Shown: in pieces, positions 14,614 through 23,701 of the stretch
How positions within the stretch are numbered: the stretch's first letter is position 1
Layout: the number at the start of each line of letters is the position of its first letter
Assembly: GCA_963651795.1 (NCBI GenBank)
Contig: CAVJQK010000001.1
Span: forward strand, 1-27,299
Source of the DNA: Erysipelotrichaceae bacterium
GTDB taxonomy: Bacteria > Bacillota > Negativicutes > Veillonellales > Dialisteraceae
Direction: 5' to 3'
DNA: 27,299 nucleotides
Made by a program: the position numbers and the translations under genes
The notes under the pieces: generated by a model
Database searches by the model: none
Told to the model about the DNA's origin: nothing
What the model saw: only the letters and a program-made list of their open reading frames with translations

Positions 14614-15828
14614 TTATCCTTTCCGGTTCGTCCTCATTTGGCTTTCAATGAGGCTTCTCCGCATGCGAATTACGGATGCTGCCAGGAAGAAGCAGATCGC
14701 CGTCGACCAGAAAACGGACGCGTAGCCGCATTGCATGGCAAGGGCGCCGGAAGCGAAGGGCCCGGCCACGTTTCCCATCAGAGCGAAACTTTGCGCAAAG
14801 CCCAGGACGACGGTACGCCTGTCCGCCGGGACGGCCGCCGCGAGGATTGTATTCGCAATCGGCATGACGAGCCCCAAAGAGCAGCCGACGATGCCGCGCA
14901 TGAGACCCAGAAGCGTCACGGTCGGCATGAGATATTGCAAAATGAAATTCACGCCCGTCACAATCGTCGCCCACATGATGATATTCGTCATGGAAAAACG
15001 TTCGGTGAGACGCGGTACGGTAATCGAAGCGCACACGCTGGTGCCGCCCGCGATGAAAATGACGACGCCCACAATGGAGGCGACGGCCATGGCATCACCG
15101 CCCATCATTTCTTTGATGTAGAGAGGCAAAATCGGGCCGATACCCGTCATGCCGAAATTGCACAAAAATTGCAGCATGACCATGAGGCACACGACCGGGT
15201 TTCTCAAAATGTAGCGCATTTGCGACCATGCGGAATCATGCGTACGCCCGCCTTCCGTTTTCTGATTCGGCAGGCAGACGAAAGCGCCGATGAGGCAGAG
15301 AATCGTCACAATTCCGAAAATCAGAAACGGCATCCGGTAGCCGAAAAGATCGGCAATGACCCCGCCGGCCAAAGGTCCGAACATGACGCCCATGACCATG
15401 GACGCCTGAAAAATGCCGAGCGCCCAAGGAAGTTTTTCCTTCGGCGTCGCATTCATCACAAGCGCCATCCCGACGGCCCCCGCACCGCCCGACACACCTT
15501 GGATAATGCGCAAAATCAAAAGTTCCGTCGGATTCTGCACGAAATACATCCACAGGACGACGAGCGCCAAAATGGCCGTCAAAATCAAAAGAACGGTTTT
15601 ATGTCCGCGCCGATTGGCCTGCACCGCCCAAAACGGCGTCGCAAACGCGACAAAAAAAGGCGTCACGCCGGAAATAATCCCGGACATAAACGCCGCTTCC
15701 CCCGGATCCGATACACCGAGTTCCGACGTCAAAAAGAGCGGGATGAAAGACACCACCCCGATGATGGCAATCCCCGACCCGACCTGGAGAACGGCGATCG
15801 TCCACAAAATTCGTTTCCATACCGGCAT
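14614..15828 (-). CDS. MFS transporter, DHA1/MdtG-like efflux family
   Basis: About 12 hydrophobic segments, motif B LRIIQG and antiporter motif GPLAGG. ATG 15828 follows GAGG; the longer ORF starts overlap the promoter. Confidence 0.88.
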   Translation of the reverse strand: MPVWKRILWTIAVLQVGSGIAIIGVVSFIPLFLTSELGVSDPGEAAFMSGIISGVTPFFVAFATPFWAVQANRRGHKTVLLILTAILALVVLWMYFVQNPTELLILRIIQGVSGGAGAVGMALVMNATPKEKLPWALGIFQASMVMGVMFGPLAGGVIADLFGYRMPFLIFGIVTILCLIGAFVCLPNQKTEGGRTHDSAWSQMRYILRNPVVCLMVMLQFLCNFGMTGIGPILPLYIKEMMGGDAMAVASIVGVVIFIAGGTSVCASITVPRLTERFSMTNIIMWATIVTGVNFILQYLMPTVTLLGLMRGIVGCSLGLVMPIANTILAAAVPADRRTVVLGFAQSFALMGNVAGPFASGALAMQCGYASVFWSTAICFFLAASVIRMRRSLIESQMRTNRKG

Positions 15829-15913
15829 ATATTTCCTCACTTTCGGGCGCGATTTCGTCCGCCCGTTTCCGCTTTCGAAAAAATTCCGACTTCCCCTCGG
15901 AAAGAAGTGTCTC

Positions 15914-15942
15914 ATTGTACTCATATATTTTTCATTTGTCAA
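15914..15942 (-). promoter_or_regulatory. Sigma-A promoter of the MFS gene
   Basis: Minus strand TTGACA, 17 bp spacer, TACAAT. Confidence 0.85.
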
Positions 15943-15979
15943 ATATTTCGGAAACATCGATTTTATGCCCCCGTTTCAT

Positions 15980-16008
15980 TTGACACTTCATGATAATTTT
16001 TGTATGAT
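15980..16008 (+). promoter_or_regulatory. Sigma-A promoter of the oxidoreductase-purB operon
   Basis: TTGACA, 17 bp spacer, TATGAT. Confidence 0.85.
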
Positions 16009-16121
16009 AGTAAGGGAATATTTTCCGGAAACATCGCCCCACCCGAGGCGGTGTTTTTCATGTTTATACGAGATATACCGAAAATCCCCGCATTTCTTTT
16101 TCGGGAAAAGGAGCGGATAAA

Positions 16122-17516
16122 TTGAAGAATTTTGATGTCATCATTATCGGTGCGGGCCCTGCCGGAATTTTCACGGCACTGGAACTGGCCGATACCGGGG
16201 CGGAAATTCTCATTGCGGAAAAAGGACACGATATCGACAAACGCATCGCACTCAATCGGGACCGCACGGCTCCCGCTGCCGATCGCCGCATGAATATCGT
16301 TTGCGGCTGGGGCGGCGCCGGTGCCTTTTCGGACGGAAAGCTCACGCTGACGACCGAGTACGGCGGCAATCTGGACGATTACATGAATAAAGGCGAGCTC
16401 GCCCGCCTCATTTCCTACGTGGATTCCGTCTATTGCCGATACGGCGGAGAAGGACGCAAAATTTACGGCGACGAGCACAAGGACGCGCTCCATGATTTGA
16501 AACGTCGCGCCGCCGCCGCCAATCTGGCATTCATCCCGGCGCGCATCCGCCATTTGGGGACGGACGTCAATTCGGAAATCCTCACGCACATGCGCGAAGC
16601 GCTGCCTTCCAATGTGACCGTTCTCGCCGATTGCCCCGTCGAAGACATCCTGATCGAAGACGGAAAAGCCCTCGGCATATCGGCCGGAGGGAAGACCTAC
16701 CGCGCGAAATACCTCGTGGCGGCTCCCGGACGCGAAGGCGCGGAATGGTTTATGAAACAGGCGGCCAAGATCGGCCTTTCCACCACATCCAATGCCGTGG
16801 ATATCGGCGTTCGCGTCGAAGCGCCGGCCGAAATTTACGAACCCATCACCGATATTTGCTACGAATCGAAACTCGTCTACTACAGCAAAAGTTTCGACGA
16901 TCGCGTACGCACCTTCTGCATGAACCCCTACGGTTTTGTCGTCGCGGAAAATAACGACGGCCTCCAGACGGTGAACGGGCACAGTTTCGCCCATAAAAAG
17001 AGTGCGAATACGAACTTCGCGCTCCTGGTTTCCAAACAATTCACGAAACCTTTCAAAGAGCCGATTGCTTACGGCAAATATATCGCATCCCTGGCGAATA
17101 TGCTGGGCGGCGGCCCCATCGTGCAGCGTCTGGGCGACCTTCTGGCCGGCCGGCGCACGACGGAAGAGCGATTGCGGCGCGGCATGGTCCGGCCCACACT
17201 GCCCTCGGCCACACCGGGCGACCTATCGCTTGTCCTGCCGTACCGATTCCTCGCCAATATCACGGAAATGTTCGAAGCGCTGGATCAAATCGTCCCCGGA
17301 GCGAATTCCCGCCACACCCTCCTCTACGGCGTGGAAGTGAAATTCTACTCCTCGCGCGTCGAATTATCCCAAAAATTAGAAACGAAAATCCCGAATTTCT
17401 TTGCCATCGGCGACGGTGCGGGCATCACGAGAGGCCTGGCGCAGGCTTCGGCCGCCGGCGTCGTCGTGGGCCGGGAAATTTGCGAAAGAGAAGGTAAACC
17501 GAAAGGAGATATTTAA
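16122..17516 (+). CDS. NAD(P)/FAD-dependent oxidoreductase of unknown substrate (COG2509-like)
   Basis: Rossmann motif IIGAGPAG, GWGGAGAFSDGKL, RTFCMNPYG and GDGAG. TTG start after AAGGAG. Confidence 0.88.
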   Translation: MKNFDVIIIGAGPAGIFTALELADTGAEILIAEKGHDIDKRIALNRDRTAPAADRRMNIVCGWGGAGAFSDGKLTLTTEYGGNLDDYMNKGELARLISYVDSVYCRYGGEGRKIYGDEHKDALHDLKRRAAAANLAFIPARIRHLGTDVNSEILTHMREALPSNVTVLADCPVEDILIEDGKALGISAGGKTYRAKYLVAAPGREGAEWFMKQAAKIGLSTTSNAVDIGVRVEAPAEIYEPITDICYESKLVYYSKSFDDRVRTFCMNPYGFVVAENNDGLQTVNGHSFAHKKSANTNFALLVSKQFTKPFKEPIAYGKYIASLANMLGGGPIVQRLGDLLAGRRTTEERLRRGMVRPTLPSATPGDLSLVLPYRFLANITEMFEALDQIVPGANSRHTLLYGVEVKFYSSRVELSQKLETKIPNFFAIGDGAGITRGLAQASAAGVVVGREICEREGKPKGDI

Positions 17517-18809
17517 ATGATTCCGAGATACACACGCCCCGCCATGGAGAAAATTTGGAATGAAAGAAACGAATGGCAGACCATGCTCGATGTGGAAATT
17601 GCCGCCTGCGAAGCGAATGCAGAGCTCGGCCGCATTCCGAAAGAAGCCGTGGATGTCATTAAAGCCAAAGCCGATTTCGATGTGGACCGCATCCATGAAA
17701 TCGACGCCGAAATCAATCACGACATCATTGCGTTTCTCACCTGCGTCGGCGAACATGTGGGCGACGAAGCCAAATACATCCACCTCGGCCTCACATCGAC
17801 CGACGTGAAAGACACGGGCCTCAATGTGCAGATTAAGCAGGCCAGCGCCGTCATTTTGGACGATTTGGAAAAACTCGCCGAAGTGCTGAAACGCCGCGCC
17901 GTCGAATTCAAATACACGCCCACCATCGGGCGCACCCACGGCGTCCACGCCGAACCGACCACCTTCGGTCTCAAAATTCTCCTCTGGTATGCCGCGACCC
18001 TTCGCAATATCGACCGCATGAAACATGCCGCCGAAAATATGTGCGTCGGCAAACTCTCCGGCGCCGTCGGCACCTATGCGGATATCGATCCCTACGTCGA
18101 AGAATACGTCTGCCGCGCCATGGGACTTAAACGCGAAGACATCGCGACCCAAGTCGTCTGCCGCGACCATCACGCCGAATACATCACGACCCTGGGCGTC
18201 ATTGCGGGCACCCTTTCCCAGATTGCCCTCGAAGTCCGGCACCTCCAGCGCACCGAAGTCCGCGAAGCGGAAGAATATTTCTCCCCGAAGCAAAAAGGCT
18301 CCAGCGCCATGCCGCACAAGAGAAACCCGGTCAAATCCGAACGCATTTGCGGCATGGCCCGCCTCATCCAGGGCTACAGCCTGCCGGCCTATGAAGACAT
18401 GCCGCTTTGGCACGAACGCGACATTTCCCACTCCTCCGTCGAGCGCGTCATGATTCCGGACGCCACGACCGCCCTCGACTACATCCTCGATCAGACGACG
18501 AAACTCATCGACAAACTCCTCGTCTATCCGGAAAAAATGAAAGAAGACCTCATGATGACCGGCGGCCTCATTTACAGCCCGCGCATCCTCATCGCCCTCG
18601 TCGAAAAAGGCGCCTATCGCGACACCGCCTATCGATGGGTCCAGAGAAACGCCATGAAGCGCTGGCTCCAAGGCGAAGATTTCTACGAAAACCTCTGCCG
18701 CGACGAAGACATCGCCAAATACATGACACCGGAAGAAATCAAAGCCTGCTTCGACTACCGTCCGATGCTCACCCATGTCGACGAAATTTTCGCCCGTTTC
18801 GGCCTCTGA
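17517..18809 (+). CDS. purB: Adenylosuccinate lyase
   Basis: MIPRY, HLGLTS, GRTHGVHAEPTTFG, signature GSSAMPHKRNP and WHERDISHSSVER. Confidence 0.98.
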   Translation: MIPRYTRPAMEKIWNERNEWQTMLDVEIAACEANAELGRIPKEAVDVIKAKADFDVDRIHEIDAEINHDIIAFLTCVGEHVGDEAKYIHLGLTSTDVKDTGLNVQIKQASAVILDDLEKLAEVLKRRAVEFKYTPTIGRTHGVHAEPTTFGLKILLWYAATLRNIDRMKHAAENMCVGKLSGAVGTYADIDPYVEEYVCRAMGLKREDIATQVVCRDHHAEYITTLGVIAGTLSQIALEVRHLQRTEVREAEEYFSPKQKGSSAMPHKRNPVKSERICGMARLIQGYSLPAYEDMPLWHERDISHSSVERVMIPDATTALDYILDQTTKLIDKLLVYPEKMKEDLMMTGGLIYSPRILIALVEKGAYRDTAYRWVQRNAMKRWLQGEDFYENLCRDEDIAKYMTPEEIKACFDYRPMLTHVDEIFARFGL

Positions 18810-18848
18810 GTAAAAAGGCCGTTTTCGGCCGCTCATTCGTTGAAATTA

Positions 18849-18857
18849 TGCTATAAT
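18849..18857 (+). promoter_or_regulatory. Extended -10 internal promoter for purA
   Basis: TGCTATAAT in the purB-purA spacer; no clear -35. Confidence 0.55.
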
Positions 18858-18901
18858 AGAATGTACCTATTCACGTAAATTATACGGAAGGAAGAAACGA
18901 A

Positions 18902-20185
18902 ATGGCTACAGCAATGGTCATCGGCGCCCAATGGGGCGACGAAGGAAAAGGCAAGATTGTAGATTACCTCGCGGCGAAAGCAGACGTTGTCGTCCGCTCC
19001 CAAGGCGGAAACAACGCGGGTCACACCGTCGTCACCGGCGGCAAAGCCTATCCGCTGCGTCTCATGCCCAGCGGCATCATGTATCCCGGCACCGTCTGCG
19101 TTGTCGGCACCGGCGTCGTCATCGATCCGAAAAGTTTCATCGAAGAAATGAGAAACCTGGAAGCCCAGGGCATCAATGTGGAAAACCTCCAAATTTCCAC
19201 CCGCGCCCACATCGTCTTCCCGTATCACAACCGCCTCGATGAAGCGGAAGAATCCCGCAAAGGCGCCATGAAAATCGGCACGACGAAAAACGGCATCGGG
19301 CCCTGCTACGCCGATAAAATCAACCGCATCGGCATCCGCATCTGCGATCTGATGAATCCCGAAGTCTTCGCCGAAAAACTCAAATACAATGTCGCGCAGA
19401 AAAATATGATTTTAGAGAAACTCTACGGCATGGAAGGTTTCGATTACGAGACCATGCTGAAGGATTATCTCGGATATGCCGAAATCATTCGTCCCTTCGT
19501 CAAAGATACAAATTACACCGTCAATAAACTCATCGGCGAAGGCAAGAACGTCCTCTTCGAAGGCGCCCAGGCCGCCATGCTCGATTGCGACCACGGGACA
19601 TATCCCTACGTCACGAGCTCGCACCCCATCGCCGGCGGTGCCTGCGTCGGTGCCGGCATCGGACCGCGCATGCTCCACAACATTTTCGGCGTCGTAAAAG
19701 CCTACAGCTCCCGCGTCGGCGAAGGCCCCTTCCCGACGGAACTTAAAAACGAAATCGGCGATCACATCCGCGACATCGCCCATGAATTCGGCACCGTGAC
19801 CGGTCGCCCGCGCCGCATCGGCTGGCTCGACGCACGCGCCGTCCGTTACGCCGCCATGCTGAACAGCCTCGATTACATAGCCGTCACGCGCCTCGACATT
19901 CTGGATGACATGGATGAAATCAAAGTCTGCGTCGGCTACGAATACGAAGGAAAAGAACTCGAAGAATATCCGGCGGATCTCTCCCTTCTCGAAAAAGTCA
20001 CCCCGATTTATCGCACATTCCAAGGCTGGAAAACAAAAATCAGCGGCATCCGCAAATATGAAGACCTTCCGGAAAAATGCCGTTTCTACCTGGAACAGAT
20101 TTCCGAACTCATCGGCGTACCGCTCGGCATCGTAAGCGTCGGCCCCTCGCGTGAAGAAACCATCGTCCTGACCGAAGTATTCTGA
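18902..20185 (+). CDS. purA: Adenylosuccinate synthetase
   Basis: GAQWGDEGKGK, GGNNAGHT, GIGPCYADK, EGAQ and EFGTVTGRPRR motifs. Confidence 0.98.
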   Translation: MATAMVIGAQWGDEGKGKIVDYLAAKADVVVRSQGGNNAGHTVVTGGKAYPLRLMPSGIMYPGTVCVVGTGVVIDPKSFIEEMRNLEAQGINVENLQISTRAHIVFPYHNRLDEAEESRKGAMKIGTTKNGIGPCYADKINRIGIRICDLMNPEVFAEKLKYNVAQKNMILEKLYGMEGFDYETMLKDYLGYAEIIRPFVKDTNYTVNKLIGEGKNVLFEGAQAAMLDCDHGTYPYVTSSHPIAGGACVGAGIGPRMLHNIFGVVKAYSSRVGEGPFPTELKNEIGDHIRDIAHEFGTVTGRPRRIGWLDARAVRYAAMLNSLDYIAVTRLDILDDMDEIKVCVGYEYEGKELEEYPADLSLLEKVTPIYRTFQGWKTKISGIRKYEDLPEKCRFYLEQISELIGVPLGIVSVGPSREETIVLTEVF

Positions 20186-20193
20186 GGAAACAC

Positions 20194-20228
20194 AAAAGAG
20201 CATCTCATATGTGAGGTGCTCTTTTTTT
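20194..20228. terminator. Bidirectional terminator between purA and the nitrogenase-like operon
   Basis: AAAA-GAGCATCTCA-TATG-TGAGGTGCTC-T7. Confidence 0.88.
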
Positions 20229-20230
20229 GT

Positions 20231-20276
20231 GCGACATTATCTCATGCCACATGCCCCATGCCCCATGCCTCATGCC
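20231..20276 (-). repeat. 5 x heptamer GGCATGN (minus strand) followed by GATAATGTCGC
   Basis: NCATGCC units at 20242, 20249, 20256, 20263 and 20270; GCGACA at 20231-20236. The outermost unit contains the stop codon of the adjacent gene. Confidence 0.85.
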
Positions 20277-21538
20277 TTTGTTTTTTCTCTCAATTTCGCA
20301 TTCCACAAATTCTCGTACAGATACGCCGCGCCGCGGAGGCCGCATTGAGGGAGATCCGTGAAAGAGACTTCATCGGGTGAGGGAAGGGCGATATGAAAAG
20401 CCGTGTACCGTTTCCCAAGGCGCGAGAGATGGCGCGTTTCATGGCTGCTTGAGAGCACGAGCCCGCCCGTCCAATTTTCGTAATCTTCTTTAATCGCCGC
20501 ATCATCGCGAAGGACGATGCGGAGAATATCGGCCGCCGGCGCCTGCTTTTCACTTGCCGCTTGCAGATGCAATATCATCTTTGCCGTATCGGCCCACTCG
20601 CCGCGCACCGCTTCCGCGATACCGATTGCGTCCGAAGGCGGCGCGGAAATGAAAATTTCATCAAACCAAAGCGATCCCCAGAGCGATTCCAAATTATTTC
20701 CTTTTCGAAGAAGATAAGAAGACAATTTTTCGGCTTCTTCGGAAACGTCACCCAAAGATCCCGCGCCGAGCGTTTCCGAAATGCGCCTAAGCCATGACAG
20801 CGTCCCCTCCGTCCCGTAGGGAAGGCCTGCGGAGATATAGGGAATCCCGAATTCGCGCTCCATTTGCCGCGCGGCCGCAAGCCCCAATTCGTCCCGCACC
20901 ACCACATTCAAAGCGGCGGAAGGCGCCCGCATGATATCATCCCAAGTGCTTCCCGCGCCCGGCATTGAAATAACCGAAATTCCCGCTTTCTCCAAAAGAC
21001 GCCGTATTTCCGCCGCATCTTCGCGGCCTTTTTTATGCACCGTCGAAAGCCCCAGCACATTGACGGAGCCCGGAATCGTTTCCGCCGGTTTCATTTCTTT
21101 GACAACGCGCAAAAATGCCTCGGAATATCCGCCTTCGAAACTACCTTTCAACCCGCCGCCGCCTACCGCATAGACAGGCCACGGCAGATTCATTTCGCTC
21201 GCAATCCCCTCTACGTCGTCGCCCACAAGGCTCACGCTGCAATTGCTCGCGATAAAGACACGCTCCGGATGCGCCGTTTTTAAAATAAAATCAAAACCCG
21301 CACGCAGATCCGCCTCTGTCCCGTAGACGAGCGAATTCGGCCCCACCTGCGTGCACGCGAAGCGCTCCTGCGCCATCGGATTTTCATTATCCACATATTT
21401 CATCGCATAAAAATAGCACCAAAGAGGACCGTTCACCAGCGTGAAACTTCCCGGAATCGAATCGAAAAACGCCGACATTCCCGTCAGTGCGCACGTGCTT
21501 CCGTGATGGCACGCCGCTTCCCATTCACACCGTGACAT
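20270..21538 (-). CDS. Nitrogenase component-1-like subunit 2 (NifK-position homologue)
   Basis: 422 aa from ATG 21538 with TCALTG, NGPLWC, LVYGTE, SNCSVSLVGDD, SVNVLG, APSAALNVV and LPYGTEGT motifs. Confidence 0.88.
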   Translation of the reverse strand: MSRCEWEAACHHGSTCALTGMSAFFDSIPGSFTLVNGPLWCYFYAMKYVDNENPMAQERFACTQVGPNSLVYGTEADLRAGFDFILKTAHPERVFIASNCSVSLVGDDVEGIASEMNLPWPVYAVGGGGLKGSFEGGYSEAFLRVVKEMKPAETIPGSVNVLGLSTVHKKGREDAAEIRRLLEKAGISVISMPGAGSTWDDIMRAPSAALNVVVRDELGLAAARQMEREFGIPYISAGLPYGTEGTLSWLRRISETLGAGSLGDVSEEAEKLSSYLLRKGNNLESLWGSLWFDEIFISAPPSDAIGIAEAVRGEWADTAKMILHLQAASEKQAPAADILRIVLRDDAAIKEDYENWTGGLVLSSSHETRHLSRLGKRYTAFHIALPSPDEVSFTDLPQCGLRGAAYLYENLWNAKLREKTKA

Positions 21539-22820
21539 AGGCCACGCCCCCTTTCTTTCCGTACCGACAAAGCAAACGATACATCGCACGAAGGAACAAA
21601 ATTTCTCCCTCCGTCCCCGCCTGCGGCACCATCGGAATAAAAAGCTGCTTGGCCGGCGTTTCGAAAATTTCATTCGTCGTCAAAAGCACATCCGCCTCAT
21701 CCATGATTTCTTTTCCCGCATCGGCCTCATAAAAAGGCACTTCGGGAAACGCAGCGCATTTTCCGCGGATTTCCGCTTTTTCCGCCTCCGTCAGATTGCC
21801 GTAAAAAACAATGCCCGACACGTTCATTTGCAAAATGGAAACAGATGCCAGCGTCTCGGCCGGATTGTACCATTTCGTGCTCCGCCCCGTCCCGATGACA
21901 AGTTTCTTTCCGCGCGTCACCGGCAAAATTGCCGCCGCGGCCGCCTCGATGCGTTTTGTTTCCGAAGCGATAATCTCCGCGCCTTTTTCCGGCACGCCGA
22001 GAAGTGCGGCCAATGCGGCCACCCAGTGCTTCGTTTCCGAAAATCCGATGGGATACACATCCCCCAATGTCCGGATGCCGTATTCGTCCTCCAATCGTTT
22101 CGCCAGTTTCAAAAGACCCGCCGACCGATCCGCCCCGCCCAATACGACGGAAAATTCGCAAGAGGAAATGTCGCCCCACTCCGCCGCGGGGACGTATCCC
22201 GGAAATTGATACGCCGCCGAAAGTCCGAAACGAGAAAGCAAGCGGCGGACTTCCGCCCCATATTGCCCCTCCGGCCCCATTTGATCGCCCAAGAGCAGCA
22301 CACGTCCCGGCACTTTTTCGCGCTTTTCGAAGAAACGGGAAATGACAAGATTTGCCGTTTCATAATAGCCGTCCCCGTATTCGCCGCCCAAAAATCCGGC
22401 AAAAGGCATCGCGATGACGGGAATCCCGTGCCGCGCCTCGGCCTCTTTCGCCGCTTCTTCCACATCGTCTCCGATGACACCCGCCACGCACGACGTCACG
22501 ACGAAAATGCAACGCGGGCGATACGTTTCCACGACATAAGAAATACAATCTTCCAATCGTCCGATGCCACCGAAAATACCGTCTTTTTCACGAAGATTCG
22601 AGGAAACGAGCGGCGCCGGCGTAAGCGAATCCGCCCCATTATCGGCAATGACGCGGAAACCGGAGCCCAGATCCATCGTCTGCCCCACATGCGCGCAGCC
22701 CAAGGGTCCGTGAAAAATGACGCAGCAGCCCGGACAAAAGGCGAGCGCCCGGTAAACGCCCACCATAGGGCAGCTGGACGATTTTGTTTTTGAAAGCAGC
22801 CATTTCGTCTTAAGTGCCAT
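21525..22820 (-). CDS. Nitrogenase component-1-like subunit 1 (NifD-position homologue)
   Basis: 431 aa from ATG 22820 with [25 protein letters not shown] and [11 protein letters not shown] motifs; overlaps both neighbours. Confidence 0.88.
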   Translation of the reverse strand: MALKTKWLLSKTKSSSCPMVGVYRALAFCPGCCVIFHGPLGCAHVGQTMDLGSGFRVIADNGADSLTPAPLVSSNLREKDGIFGGIGRLEDCISYVVETYRPRCIFVVTSCVAGVIGDDVEEAAKEAEARHGIPVIAMPFAGFLGGEYGDGYYETANLVISRFFEKREKVPGRVLLLGDQMGPEGQYGAEVRRLLSRFGLSAAYQFPGYVPAAEWGDISSCEFSVVLGGADRSAGLLKLAKRLEDEYGIRTLGDVYPIGFSETKHWVAALAALLGVPEKGAEIIASETKRIEAAAAAILPVTRGKKLVIGTGRSTKWYNPAETLASVSILQMNVSGIVFYGNLTEAEKAEIRGKCAAFPEVPFYEADAGKEIMDEADVLLTTNEIFETPAKQLFIPMVPQAGTEGEILFLRAMYRLLCRYGKKGGVAYVTV

Positions 22821-23622
22821 ACGCTTCCGCCAGCCTTTCCAGCTCCTCAAACGCAAGCGGCGTCGGAATCGAAAGCGCCGTCCCATCCCAAATCTTTTGG
22901 GCAAGACTTCGATACACATCGGCCTGCGGCGCCTCGGGCGCATATTCCAAGACCGTCATTTTCCGATTTTCCGCCACATTCACGATGGGATCGCGCGGAA
23001 TAAAGGAAACGAGATGCGTCCCGAGTCTTTCCGCAAATTCTTCCAACAGCTCTTTTTCACCGGGCACATTTCGACTGTTTCCGATAATCCCGGCCAAACG
23101 CACATCACCGCGCACTGCAAAGCGACGGATGCCTTTCGCGATATTATTGGCCGCATAGAGCGACATCAATTCGCCGGAAGAAACGATATAAATTTCCTTC
23201 GCGTACCCTTCTCGAATCGGCATGGCAAAACCACCGCAGACGACATCGCCCAGCACGTCGTAAATCGTCACATCCGCATCGGGCACGGCTTTTAATTTCT
23301 CCAAAAGTTCCAATGCGACGATAATCCCGCGCCCCGCGCATCCGACCCCGGGCTCAGGGCCTCCCGCTTCCGCGCAGGAAATTCCGTAAAATCCCGTGTG
23401 CACGATATCGGAAACGGAAATATCTTCGATCTCGCGCGTCCGCACCAAATCGAGCACCGTATCCTTGCAAATATGCCCGAGCAAAAGCCGTGTCGAATCG
23501 TTTTTCGGATCACACCCGATCTGGCAAACTTTTTTCCCGGAAAGCGCGAGTGCCGCCGAGACATGCGACGCCGTCGTCGATTTTCCGATCCCGCCCTTGC
23601 CGTAAAACGCAATCTTTTTCAT
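22810..23622 (-). CDS. NifH/BchL/CfbC-family ATP-dependent Fe protein (nitrogenase reductase-like)
   Basis: [33 protein letters not shown] and [14 protein letters not shown] motifs. AAGGAG RBS. Confidence 0.95.
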   Translation of the reverse strand: MKKIAFYGKGGIGKSTTASHVSAALALSGKKVCQIGCDPKNDSTRLLLGHICKDTVLDLVRTREIEDISVSDIVHTGFYGISCAEAGGPEPGVGCAGRGIIVALELLEKLKAVPDADVTIYDVLGDVVCGGFAMPIREGYAKEIYIVSSGELMSLYAANNIAKGIRRFAVRGDVRLAGIIGNSRNVPGEKELLEEFAERLGTHLVSFIPRDPIVNVAENRKMTVLEYAPEAPQADVYRSLAQKIWDGTALSIPTPLAFEELERLAEAYGT

Positions 23623-23661
23623 CGTTTTCTCCTTTACTGCTACTATGTTTCTTTTCCTAAT

Positions 23662-23670
23662 ATTATAGCA
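23662..23670 (-). promoter_or_regulatory. Extended -10 promoter of the nitrogenase-like operon
   Basis: Minus strand TGCTATAAT about 40 bp upstream of the ATG. Confidence 0.6.
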
Positions 23671-23701
23671 GAATTAAAAATCGAGCAACATAAAGACAAA
23701 T

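Noticed and set aside
4229..20276. Inverted GGCATGN arrays as ends of a 16-kb composite transposon or invertible segment
   Set aside because: The interval holds housekeeping genes (purA, purB), there is no transposase or recombinase, and homology is only about 30 bp of low complexity.
20270..23622. Genuine nitrogen fixation (nifHDK)
   Set aside because: The subunits are short, the FeMo-co ligands are not evident, and no nifENB or sigma-54 promoter is visible.
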